DNA of 20,000 nucleotides from Chiloscyllium plagiosum (GCF_004010195.1 NW_025215329.1:77451-97450), one strand, 5' to 3'; shown: positions 1 to 9,845, counted from the first letter of the stretch. Numbers and translations: made by a program. Notes: a model not told the origin generated them from the letters alone.

Positions 1-616
1 AGGCAAGTGGACCTGAGTGCATGAAAAGCTCAGCCATGATCTCATTGAAGCAAATCCTAGCAGAAGGATGTTGAGAAACTTGAAAGGGTTCAGAAAAGAT
101 TTACAAGGATGTTCCAGGGTTGGAGGATTTGAGCTATAGGGAGAGGTTGAATAGGTTGGGACTGTTTTCCCTGGAGCATTGGAGGCTGAGGGTGACCTTA
201 TAGAGGTTTATAAAATCATGAGGGGTATGAATAGGATAAATAGACAAAGTCTCTTCCCTGGGGTCAAGGAGCCCAGAACTAGAGGGCATAGGTTTAAAGT
301 GAGGGGGAAAAATATAAAAGAGAACTAATGGGCAACTTTTTCACACAGAGGGTGGTACGTGTATGGAATGAGCTGCCAGAGGAAGTGGTGGAGACTGGTA
401 CAGTTACAACATTTAAAAGGCACCTGGATGGGTATACGAATAGGAAGGGTTTGGAGGGATGGGGTTAGGTGCTGGCAGGTGGGACTAGATTGGGTTGGGA
501 TAAGTTGGATCGAAGAGTCTGCTTCTGTGCTGTACATCTCTGTGACTCTATGACTCTATGGATGTCAAAGCAGTCTTGATGGCCGGATAGCCTATACCTT
601 CTCCTGTTTCTTATGC
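1..616 (+). mobile_element. Old CR1-type 3' UTR remnant (1-49 and ~561-616), split by a younger CR1
   Basis: 'tcagccatgatctcattgaa' (1-49) joins 'tgtcaaagcagtcttgatggccggatagcctataccttctcctgtttcttatg' (~563-614). The joined sequence resembles the reverse complement of the tail at 871-950. Confidence 0.6.
56..560 (+). mobile_element. CR1 LINE 3' fragment (ORF2 C-terminus + 3' UTR), young subfamily
   Basis: Encodes KDVEKLERVQKRFTRM...LGLFSLE...FFTQRVVRVWNELPEEVV with frameshifts. Ends in a (TGACTCTA)n 8-nt tail. Nearly identical to 12913-13439 and to the reverse complement of 2384-2900. Confidence 0.93.
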
Positions 617-639
617 TACAGTTCATTCTTACCAGAGCA

Positions 640-870
640 GTATCAAGACATTTAGAAAATCATAATACAATGAAGCAGAGCCAACACGGTTTTGCGAAAG
701 GGAAATTATGTTTGACAAATTTGACAAGTTGTTTGTACCAAGGAGTGTAAATAAACAGGAAACAGTAGGTGCAATGTCTCTGAATTTCCAAAAGGCATTT
801 GATAAGATGCTACATTAAAAAAAGTTACTTCATCAGATAAGAGCGCATGGTGTTGGGGTCATATGTTAAG
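640..870 (+). mobile_element. Old CR1 RT fragment, piece 1
   Basis: Degenerate QHGFAKGKLCLTNL ... FQKAFDK ... IRAHGVG motifs. Confidence 0.8.
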
Positions 871-1078
871 ACCATAAGGAATAGGAGCAGAAGTAGGCCA
901 TTCAGCCCATCGAGTCTGCTCTGCCATTCAATGAGATCGTGGCTGATCTGATCATTCACCTTCCTGCCCTTCCCTATAACCCTTGATTCCTTTACTGACT
1001 AAAAATAGGTCTATCTCAACCATGAATATTTATGACCTTGCCTCAAAAACCCTGTGGGGTAAAGAATTCCACAGATTT
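871..1078 (-). mobile_element. CR1 3' end fragment inserted in the old CR1
   Basis: 'accataaggaataggagcagaagtaggccattcagcccatcgag...aaagaattccacaga' is the reverse complement of a CR1 3' UTR and ORF2 end. Confidence 0.8.
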
Positions 1079-1080
1079 GG

Positions 1081-1267
1081 TGTGGATACAGGATTGTCAA
1101 ACTAATGAGAAATGGAGATTCGAGATGAATGAATGGGTCTTTTCACTCTGACAAACTGTAACTAGTGGGACACCACAGAGATCTATGCTGGGGGTCCAAC
1201 TATTTACCAGATTAATGACGCAGATGAAGGGAATGAAGGTACTGTTGCCAATTTTGCTAATGAGACT
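1081..1267 (+). mobile_element. Old CR1 RT fragment, piece 2
   Basis: Degenerate WI..W...R.RV..NGSFS / VTSGTPQRSMLG / IND.DEG / VANFANET (from FADDT). Confidence 0.8.
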
Positions 1268-1269
1268 CA

Positions 1270-2120
1270 TGTGATTTAAGCACACAGTCTGAGGAAAGGT
1301 TAAACTAAACCAACATCCTTTATTCCCCCGGCATTTGATCTTGACAAACATTAATGGGAAAGCTTATTAAACTAAACAAAATGAAAGAATTGCAGATGCT
1401 GTAAGTCAGAAGCAAAAACAGAAATTCCTAAAGAAACTCAGCAGGTCTCAGAAGGATTCTTAAGAAAGGTCACTGGACCCAAAACATTAACTCTGCCTTC
1501 TCTCCACAGATGCTGCCAGATCTGCTGAGTCTTGTCAGCAATTTCTGCTTTTGTAACAGAAAAGCTTAAGTCCCAGAAGCCAATGAATATTCATGACTGA
1601 CACCCCAGATTCACCAGGATATCATTGAGAGTTTCACTCCTGATCTCTGATAAACCAGGAGACAGAGTTCGATTGATGGAGTTCCTACTGCACACTTCTT
1701 GTCGCCACGTCACTTCAGCTCAAACAAAATCTTCCCTGAGCTCGTGGCTTCTTAGACTCAGATGTACTGCCGCGTACAGTCTGCCTCAGTCTCCAGCAGT
1801 TGTACACCTCCCTGAGGTCTCCTTTTCAGTTTCCACATCACCACCAAACAATTTGAGCTGAGCTGTTCAGGACATTCCTCCACGCTACAGCTCATGCATC
1901 AGCAGCTCCTCTCCCCAACCCCCTCTCAATTCTTGCCATCTGGTCCCACCTGTTCTTCAGCGTACTCGCTCGGTGACAGAGGCTGTCTCTACGCCTACCA
2001 CTTTGTATTTCCCCACTTCTACTGGTGGGGTCACAGGTTCCGGCTGATATGCCCTGCATCCGAGCCCACTGCTGAATTTGAAGTCAGGACACCGAGGTTG
2101 AGCACCTCACCTGCCACGCA
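1270..2120 (-). mobile_element. Unidentified ~850-bp insertion in the old CR1; candidate solo LTR
   Basis: Interrupts the CR1 between the FADDT motif and the next codons. On the minus strand it begins TG.., has AATAAA (tttatt, 1319-1324) ~50 nt from the end, and ends ..TCACA. No clean TSD. Confidence 0.3.
1367..1560. mobile_element. Old PLE-derived inverted-repeat element
   Basis: Arms 'caaaaacagaaatt..ctcagcaggtct' / 'agatctgctgag..aatttctgcttttg'. Decayed hammerhead-like 'cttaagaaaggtcactggacccaaaacattaac'. Flanked by aaagctta (1359-1366, 1561-1568). Confidence 0.7.
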
Positions 2121-2121
2121 C

Positions 2122-2383
2122 TGGTAGGAAGGTACATCGTGAGAAGGCTACAAAGAGTCCACAAAGGAATCCAGTTAGGTTCTGTAATTGGGCAAAAAAA
2201 GTGATAAATGGAATACAATGCAAGAAGATGGGGGTAGTCCACCTTGGCATGGAGAATAGAAAAAGAGAATGTTATTTAAATAGGGACAGACTACAGAATG
2301 TTGCAGTACAGAGTGATCTGGGTGTCCTTGTATATGAAATACAATACATGAACATGCAGGTACAGCATGTAATTAGAAGGTCA
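2122..2383 (+). mobile_element. Old CR1 RT fragment, piece 3
   Basis: VVHLGMENRKRECYLNRDRLQNVAVQSDLGVLVYE..MQVQHVIRR in ORF 2201-2386. Confidence 0.85.
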
Positions 2384-3554
2384 TAGAGAATCATAGACTC
2401 ATAGAGCTGCATGGCAGGGAAACAGGTCCACCTTGTTCATGCCAACCAGATGTCCTAAATGAATCTAGTTCTATTTGGCCCAAGTCCCTCTAAACCCTAA
2501 TATTCATATACCTATCCTAATGCCTTTGAAATATTGCAATTATACCAGCCTCCACCACTTCCTCCAGCACCTAGTTCCATACACACACCACCTTCAATGT
2601 GAAAAAGTTGCCCCTAATGTCCCTTTCAAATCTTTCCCCCACACCCTGAACCTTAAACCCTCTACTCTGGGAAAAGACTTTGATTATTTACCCTATCCAT
2701 GTCACTCATGGTTTTGTTAACCTCTATAGAGTCACCCCTCAGCCTCCAACACGCCAGGGAAAACAGCCCCAGCCTATTCAGCCCCTCCCTATCGCTCAAA
2801 CCCTCCAACTCTGGCATCAGCCTTGTAAATCTTTTCTCAACCCTTTCAAGTCTCACAGCATCCTTCCTATTGGAGAGAGAATAGAATTGCATGCAATATT
2901 CCAAAAGTGGCCTAACAGCATCCTGTATAGCATCCTGTATAGCCACAACATGACCTCCCAACTCCTGTACTCAATACTCTGACCAATAAAGGAAAGCATA
3001 CCAAATGCCTTCCTCACTATCCTATCTACCTGCGACTCCACTTTCAAGGAGCTATGAACCTGCACTCCAAGGTCTCTTTGTTCAGCAACACTCCCTAGGA
3101 CCTTACCATTAAGTGTATAAGCCCTGCTCTGATTTGCTTTCCCAAAATGCAGTACCTCACATTTATCTAAATTAAACTCCATCTGCCACTCCTCAGTCCA
3201 TTGGCCCGTCTGATCAAGATCCTGTCGTACTGTGAGGTAACCTTCTTCGCTGTCCACTATACCTCCAATTTTCGTGTCGTCTGCAAAATTTATTAACTAT
3301 ACCTCTTAAGTTCACATCCAAATCGTTTATATAAATGACTAAAAGTAGTGGACCCAGCACCGATCCTTGTGGCACTCCACTGGTCACAGGCCTCCAGTCT
3401 GAAAAACAACCCTCCACCACCACCCTCCGTCTTCTACCTTTGAGCCAGTTCTGTATCCAAATGGCTAGTTCTCTCTGTATTCCATGAGATCTAACCTTGC
3501 TAACCAGTCTCGCATGAGGAACCTTGTCAAATGCTTTACTGAAATCCATAGATC
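2384..3554 (-). mobile_element. 5'-truncated CR1 LINE (RT domain to 3' tail), frameshifted
   Basis: ORFs 3214-3549 ([29 protein letters not shown]), 2853-3257 and 2662-2961. Flanked by the 9-bp direct repeat agaaggtca (2375-2383, 3575-3583). Confidence 0.95.
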
Positions 3555-3574
3555 TTTAGATGGAAATGTGCTTA

Positions 3575-4417
3575 AGAAGGTCAGCAGAATGTTTGTTCAT
3601 TGCAAGGCAGTTGGATGACAAAAGTAGAGACGTTTGGTTGCACCTTCAGAAGGTGTTTGTGAGACTGCACCTAAAGCACTGCATGCAGTTTTGGTTTCCT
3701 CAGTGAAGAAAAGGAATGATTGCAGTGGAAGCAGAATAGAGCACATTCATCAGTCTGATTCCTAGGTATGCGAATTACAATAAGCAGGTTGGTCCTATAT
3801 TCACTGGAGTTTAGAGATGAGAGATGATATTACTGAAATATCTCAAGGGACATGTCAGGGCAGATGCTTCAAGAATGGTTCCTCTCATCGAGAAATCAAC
3901 GATGAGGATATAGCTTAAAAATAAGAGGTCTTCCACTTAAGATGAAAATGTGAAATGTATTTTCTGTCAGAGGGTTGTTAGTATTTGGAATTGTTTTTCC
4001 ACTGAGCCCAGTGAGGCAGGGACATTGACTGTATTCAAGGCTGAGTGAGATAGATTTTTATAGAAAGGCATTCTAGGAACATGGGGGTAGGAAGGAATGT
4101 GGAGTTAAGACCACATTTGAATCAGCCATAAATTTATGGAAGGAGAAAGTGAAGGCTGCAGATGCTGGAGATCAGAGCTGAAAATGTGTTGCTGGAAAAG
4201 CGCAGCAGGTCAGGCAGCATCCAAGGAACAGGAGAATCGACGTTTCGGGCATAAGCCCTTCTTCGGGCTTATGCCCGAAACATCGATTCTCCTGGTTCTT
4301 GGATGCTGCCTGACCTGCTGCGCTTTTCCAGCAATACATTTTCAGCATAAATTTATGGAACCCCTCTATGAAAGGGGTAAAATTTCTGATTTCTGCTCCC
4401 ATTTCTAATGTTCTTAC
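3575..4417 (+). mobile_element. Old CR1 pieces 4-5 (ORF2 end and 3' UTR), interrupted at 4142-4345
   Basis: Degenerate VRLHLKHCMQFWFP, FCQRVVSIWN, TVFKAE, then 3' UTR 'ggagttaagacc..atcagccat' and 'ctgctcccatttctaatgttctta'. Confidence 0.8.
4142..4345. mobile_element. Non-autonomous PLE pLTR derivative; long hairpin
   Basis: 4142-4264 is the reverse complement of the PLE 3' end (6866-6989), and 4265-4345 is its forward copy. 82-bp arms (4177-4258 / 4265-4346). 15-bp TSD cataaatttatggaa (4127-4141, 4346-4360). Confidence 0.92.
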
Positions 4418-4479
4418 CTTCGTATTTTTGGCTGAAAAACCATGCACCCATTACCAGATTAACAGTGGGCACTGATGTT

Positions 4480-4895
4480 TACCCTAACTTGGACCTAAAT
4501 CCTGACCCAGACCTCTGTTCAGTCAGTGGAAAATCAGTCGAGATAATGACCCCATTCCTTATCTGACCCAAATCTTTGTCTGTCATCAAAAACCTGGACC
4601 CAAGCCTTGACCTGTTCATCTGAGCCTCAAAATTAACCAAGACACCATCTTGAACTTTAACCCCAACTGTTAACACAGCTTTTATTTAGATCTGGTCCTA
4701 AAACCAGCCCTGACCCAGACACTCATATTAGCATTGACCCATTGTGCTCCAAACCATGACACTGGTCCCTATGTAATCAAATTCTGTCCTCAATATAAAC
4801 CCTAATCCAGGTTCTGTTCCCCATCCAACCACCAACCCTGACGATGACCCTGACTTTCACCTCACCTCTTTGCCTATGTCCAGAGTCTGACCTCT
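4480..4895 (+). repeat. Degenerate hexamer-periodic tract (CCCTRA/ACCCWG-like)
   Basis: Recurrent accctaac, cctgacccagac (x2), aaaccctaatcc, accctgacgatgaccctgac. Confidence 0.45.
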
Positions 4896-5595
4896 GAAAA
4901 TAAGCCCCGCCTTTTCTCTTGAAACCCCACAACAGTAATTCCAGGCTTGTGGAGAACAACTGCAAAGGTGACAACAGCTTTGATTGGATTGTCCCCACAC
5001 TCCTGTTAAAGTTCAATCAGTTCAAAAGCATGGGCAGCCAATTCACCACTGTCTATCCTCTGCCTTCAAACATTAAAAACATCCACTTGTAGTATTATCC
5101 ACCCGTATAGGATGGGTTAGAATTGTTGATGATGTTCAACAGCTGCATTAGTCCTGGATCCACATTCCAGTACATGCCGAAGACGGCACAATCGACTTGC
5201 TTTTTTGTACTTGCGGCTCATTACACTGTATGACCAAGGGCTTTGTTCCGAGTCATTGGACTCCCCCTCAAACCGGGATCACGAACGGTGCCAGGAATGA
5301 ACCTAAGCCTCCAGACCAGCCATCGATCAAGGAGCCCCCCGATGGGCAGAAGGGCGCGAGACTTTTCATCTTTTTATTTATTTAATAAATATTCACATTT
5401 AAGTAAGTCTATGTGGTCAAGTCTTCTCTTAACTGCATTTAACCGAATCCGAAGAACCATTTGTATACACTTTGTTATCCAAGACACCAACCTGATGGAA
5501 CATAGTCCCAGAGATGTCTTGTTTGTGGCACTTACCTCCAACTGCCCTTCCTCCACACTTGTACCAATGAATGATGGGACAGACTGTAGACTGTT

Positions 5596-6708
5596 GACTG
5601 TATCGGCGCCGCCTCGTGCTCCCACGAGGAGGTTGAACAGTTCATCCACTTCACCAACACCTTCCACCCCGACCTCAAATTCACCTGGACAGTCTCAGAT
5701 TCCTCCCTCCCCTTCCTCGACCTTTCTATTTCCATCTCAGGCGACAGAATCAACACAGACATCTACTACAAACCAACCGACTCCCACAGCTTCCTGGACT
5801 ATACCTCCTCCCACCCTGTCCCCTGGAAAAACGCCATCCCATTCTCCCAATTCCTTTGTCTCCGCCGCATCTGCTCCCAGGAGGACCAGTTCCAAAAACG
5901 TACAACCCAGATGGCCTCCTTCTTCAAGGACCGCAATTTCCCCCCCGACGTGGTCGACGATGCCCTCCACCGCATCTCTTCCACTTCCCGCTCCTCCGCC
6001 CTTGAACCCCGACCCTCCAACCGCCACCAGGACAGAACCCCACTGGCCCTCACCTACCACCCCACCAATCTCCATGGACAGCGCAACATCCGCCGTCATT
6101 TCCGCCACCTCCAAACAGACCCCAGCACCAAGAATATATTTCCCTCCCCTGCCCTATCAGCTTTCCGTAGAGACCACTCACTCCGCGACTCCCTTGTCAG
6201 ATCCACACACCCCACCGACCCAACCACCACTCCCGGCACCTTCCCTTGCAACCGCAGGAGGTGCAACACTTGCACCCACACCTCCCCCCTCACTTCTCTC
6301 CAAGGCCCCAAGGGAAACTTCCATATCCGCCACAGATTCACCTGCACCTCCACCCACATCATCTACTGCATCCGCTGCAACCGGTGTGGCCTCCTCTATA
6401 TTGGGGAGACAGGCCGCCTACTTGCGGAGCGATTCAGAGAGCACCTCTGGGCCACCCGGACGAACCAACCCAACCAACCTGTGGCACAGCATTTCAACTC
6501 CCCCTCCCACTCCACCGAGGATATGCAGGTCATTGGACTCATCCACCGCCAAACCACAACAACCCGACGGTCGGAGGAGGAACGTCTTATCTTCCGACTG
6601 GGAACCCTCCAACCACAGGGGATGAACATGGACTTCACCAGTTTCTTCATCCCCCCTCCCCCCAACTTGTCTCAGCCGAATCCCTCCAGCCCAGCACCGC
6701 CTTCCTGA
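5596..6708 (+). CDS. Partial PLE polyprotein: RT (from the last Asp of the catalytic YIDD-type motif)/thumb + GIY-YIG endonuclease
   Basis: Stop-free from 5596: DCIGAASCSHEEVEQFIHFTNTFHPDLKFTW..LPFLDL..TDIYYKPTDSHSFLDYTSSHP. In frame with ORF 5911-6708 (CNRRRCNTC; IIYCIRCNRCGLLYIGETGRLLAERFREH; VAQHFN; EERLIFRLGTLQPQGMN). The N-terminus and start codon are lost. Confidence 0.9.
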   Translation, partial: DCIGAASCSHEEVEQFIHFTNTFHPDLKFTWTVSDSSLPFLDLSISISGDRINTDIYYKPTDSHSFLDYTSSHPVPWKNAIPFSQFLCLRRICSQEDQFQKRTTQMASFFKDRNFPPDVVDDALHRISSTSRSSALEPRPSNRHQDRTPLALTYHPTNLHGQRNIRRHFRHLQTDPSTKNIFPSPALSAFRRDHSLRDSLVRSTHPTDPTTTPGTFPCNRRRCNTCTHTSPLTSLQGPKGNFHIRHRFTCTSTHIIYCIRCNRCGLLYIGETGRLLAERFREHLWATRTNQPNQPVAQHFNSPSHSTEDMQVIGLIHRQTTTTRRSEEERLIFRLGTLQPQGMNMDFTSFFIPPPPNLSQPNPSSPAPPS

Positions 6709-6857
6709 CCTGCAGTCTTCTTCTTGACCTCCCCGCCTCCATCCTACTCCGACCTATCACCCCCACCTTGACCCCTTTCCCCCTATCACATTTCCAACGC
6801 CCCTCCTCCAAGTCCCTCCTCCCTACCTTTTATCTTAGCCTGCTGGGCACACTTTCC

Positions 6858-6896
6858 TCATTCCTGAAGAAGGGCTTATGCCCGAAACGTTGATTC
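6858..6896 (+). ncRNA. Minimal type I hammerhead ribozyme motif in the PLE pLTR
   Basis: CTGAAGA (6864-6870) A GGGC-TTAT-GCCC (stem II) GAAA (6884-6887) CGTT. The ACGT palindrome could form stem III; NUH triplet = GUU. Stem I is weak. Confidence 0.7.
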
Positions 6897-6995
6897 TCCT
6901 GCTCCTTGGATGCTGCCTGACCTGCTGCGCTTTTCCAGCAACACATTTTCAGCTCTGATCTCCAGCATCTGCAGTCCTCACTTTCTCCTCAATGA

Positions 6996-7080
6996 TGGGA
7001 CTAGTTTAGTTTGGGATTATAATCAGCATGGACTGTTTGGGCCGAAGGGTCTGTTTCCCTGCTGGATTGACTCTACGACT
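6996..7080 (+). mobile_element. CR1 3' tail only
   Basis: 'tgggactagtttagtttggg..catggactgtttgggccgaagggtctgtttcc..tgactctacgact', matching 11990-12075. Confidence 0.85.
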
Positions 7081-7754
7081 GACCTTGTGATACCTTGATC
7101 ATTGAGAAGTTAACTTTACCTACTACTCAGTCAAGCATATCTTAAGGGACTGTCCTTTATTTTCAATATTTGTTCTGTGTCCTTTAAGGGGTTCCTTTGT
7201 CCTTCATTTCAAGGACAGCCTATGGGTAGCTGAGTCTCTTTGACTGATAACATGCCCCAATGTAGCTTTTGGCCACCATGGAGTGTAGGGCCTTGTTAGT
7301 TTTCTCAGGAGCGAACAAAAATGTTCGAAGAATTATCTTTAGAAACACTATTTTTGATGCCCCAATGATTTTTCCTCATGGGTCACTTGCTACGAAGTCT
7401 AGAGATTAATCTCTAATATTCCACAGTAGCCCTGTGGAAATGGCAATGCCAAATCCACATCTTCAACATTAAAAAAAGGCAGTGAAGGAGCTAAAGGAAA
7501 GTTGAAAATTGCAAGATGAGACACTCTTGCAGCCTGGAGGATGACAATGTGGTCAGATATATCGGAAGAAAACACACATTGGAAAGAAACCTATTTCATT
7601 CAAGGATTTGCTGGAATGTATGCAATTTAAATGTATACCATCAAGGAGTTAGGATTAAGCTGATTTGGATTTAAGTGGATTTGCGTAAAGTTGAAAATTG
7701 TTCTGACACTTCCCCAAAGGATCAATTTGTAATCGTACAGACCAGAAAGTGGAA

Positions 7755-7865
7755 GAAGGAACATTTGTTTTTCTGTGAAGCTTTTCACGACCTGAGGACA
7801 TTCTAAACCACTTCACATCCAATGAGATACATTTGAAATGTCGTCACTGTTGTAACTTAAGGAAA
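7755..7865 (-). mobile_element. Deu-type/SacSINE-like SINE 3' remnant
   Basis: 'ttttcacgacctgaggacattctaaaccacttcacatccaatgagatacatttgaaatgtcgtcactgttgtaa', similar to 9734-9845. Family name recalled, not searched. Confidence 0.55.
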
Positions 7866-8019
7866 GATCCTGGTTTCGGTCCTAGCCCATATTGAATCGA
7901 TTCTGCACGCTGGCAGTTGCAATTTGTATCAGTTGCACGTGCTGCCAAACTAACCACTACCAGCTAATGGCTGTAATACAGTATTGCTCTCAACCCACCT
8001 TTCTACTCAACCTGCTCAG

Positions 8020-8113
8020 AAAGGTTATTATATGTGTCTGGAACAGGTGGGGCTTGAACCTGGGCCTCCTGGTTCAGAGGTAGGGACACTATTCCTGCAT
8101 CACAAGAGACCCT
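8020..8113 (-). mobile_element. tRNA-derived SINE head
   Basis: Minus strand 'agggtctcttgtgatgcaggaatagtgtccctacctctgaaccaggaggcccaggttcaagcccc': decayed A box and GGTTCAAGCCC B box. Confidence 0.65.
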
Positions 8114-8550
8114 AACTCTCCTTTCTAATACGGGTCAAAGATCTTGTTTGCTTTAACAATGGTAGAGGATGAGCCATTAGTGAGTCTATCTGAGAAAGGG
8201 CATTGACTCGTTGGACATAACAGCAGGAGATAACGATGATCCATCTGTCTCTGTCAAGGTCTCCAATTAGATTCCTCTTTTCATCATCCAAGACTGCATG
8301 ACATCATCAGTTGGGTGGACCTTAATGCAAATCTCAGACATTAACCCTTTCCGAACCAATACATTATACAACAGTGTCAGTGCTGACAAAAGGGTGAGAA
8401 GGAAATATTGTCAATCGTTAAATATCCACCACTCTGGAAGTCTTACTTGTGTTTATAGGGTAAAGGTAACAAAGTGACTTAGCTGCGGCAGTGCCTACAG
8501 TTACAAATAGCCTGTGACCTTCAGCATATAAATTCAAGCCTACTGACTGC

Positions 8551-9534
8551 GTATTTGCAAACAAGACAGGAAAGAGATAGAATGCTCGGTGGCTTGGTGT
8601 AAAGATAACAGTCTCTCCCACCACATCAGCAAAACTAAAGAGCTGGTCATCAGGAAGCAAGGAGGAAGGCACATCCCTATCCACATCAATGGAGCTGAAG
8701 TGGAGATGGTAAAGACCATCAGGTTCCTAGGAGTGTCTATCACCAACAATCTGCCCTGGACCATCCACGTTGATGTGACGTCAAGAAGCTACAACTTCAC
8801 CTCCTCTTCCTAACGAGGTTAAGGAATTTCATGCATGTCCATAAGGACTCTCACTAACTTTTATACATGCATCTTAGAAAGCATTCTATCCAGATGTAAC
8901 GTGGCCTGATAAAACAACTGCTCTGCCCAGGACCGGAAGAAATTATAGAAAGTTATGATCACAGCCCAGTCCATCTCGGAAGCCAACCTTCCAACCGTTG
9001 AGGAGAAAGTGAGGACTGCAGATGCTGGAGATCAGAGCTGAAATGTGTTGCTGGAATTCCTGAAGAAGGGCTCATGCCCAAAACGTCGATTCTCCTGCTC
9101 CTTGGATACTGCCTGACCTGCTGCGCTTTTCCAGCAACACATTTTCAGCTTCCAACCATTGACTCTATCTACACTTCTCACTGCCTCAGAAAGGCAGCCA
9201 ACATCAGCAAAGACACATCCCACCCCGGTTATAATCTCTTCCATCCTCTTCAGGCAGAAGATACAGAAGCTTAAACACATATACCAACAGGTTCAAGAAC
9301 AGTTTCTTCCCTGTGATTATAAGACTACTGAACGGACCTCTCAAATTTTCAATTTAATGTTGACCTCGCTCTTTGTGCACCTTCTGTGCAGCTGTAACAT
9401 TGTATTGCTCGCTCTGTTTTATCACCCTAATGTATTTTATATGGTATGATCTGTCTATACTGTATGCAAAACAAAATATTTCACTGTACTTAGGTACACG
9501 TGACAATAAATCAAATCAAATCAAATTAAATCAA
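8551..9534 (+). mobile_element. Rex1/Babar-type LINE 3' fragment
   Basis: WCKDNSL..ISKTKELVI..PIHINGAEVEMVKTIRFLGVSITNNLPW; TNFYTCILESILS. Ends aataaa(tcaaa)n. Confidence 0.85.
9002..9148. mobile_element. Non-autonomous PLE pLTR derivative nested in the Rex1/Babar copy
   Basis: Inverted tail 9002-9056, then forward 'attcctgaagaagggctcatgcccaaaacgtcg...attttcag'. 14-bp TSD cttccaacc(g/a)ttga (8988-9001, 9149-9162). Confidence 0.9.
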
Positions 9535-9733
9535 GACTGCCACCCTAACACTAGTGAGCAGTGATGGAAAAGTGTGTGTGGCGGTGGGGAGAAAGGAGGG
9601 CAGTGGTGGGAGGAGTGTTACCGTTGCAGCCCTTCAGTACAATTGACTTGAGGTCTCCAGGAATGAGAAATTAATGTGCGAATAGCCTGCATGACAATTC
9701 TAGAGGTATATAAAAACTACAGGCAAGTAAAAG

Positions 9734-9845
9734 AAAGACTTGCAATTATATAGTACTTATCATGAACACCAGATGTCTCAAAACATTTCGCAGTCAGTGA
9801 AGTGCTTTTTGAAGTGTAGCCCCTGTAATCTTTGAAATAATGCAG
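9734..9845 (-). mobile_element. Deu-type SINE 3' remnant
   Basis: 'aaagacttgcaattatatagtac..gaagtgctttttgaagtgtagcccctgtaat'. Confidence 0.55.

Larger units (their letters stand above)
5581..6990 (+). mobile_element. Penelope-like element, Neptune-type, 5'-truncated
   Basis: RT C-terminus + Cys linker + GIY-YIG ORF, C-rich 3' UTR, pLTR end 'ctttctcctc'. 11-bp TSD aatgatgggac (5570-5580, 6991-7001). Confidence 0.93.

Noticed and set aside
2917..2940. 12-bp tandem duplication in the CR1
   Set aside because: An ordinary slippage mutation in a dead copy.
5529..5570. Strong minus-strand splice donor (GAG/GTAAGT)
   Set aside because: The upstream sequence runs into TE insertions within ~40 nt; no supportable exon.
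5243..6625. 460-aa Ser/Pro/Thr-rich ORF (also 6246-6893 and the antisense ORFs)
   Set aside because: These are shadow frames of the C-rich PLE ORF. The 460-aa ORF crosses the insertion junction and has no domain motifs.
8020..8113. tRNA gene
   Set aside because: Only the B box is well preserved and there is no cloverleaf; it is a SINE head.
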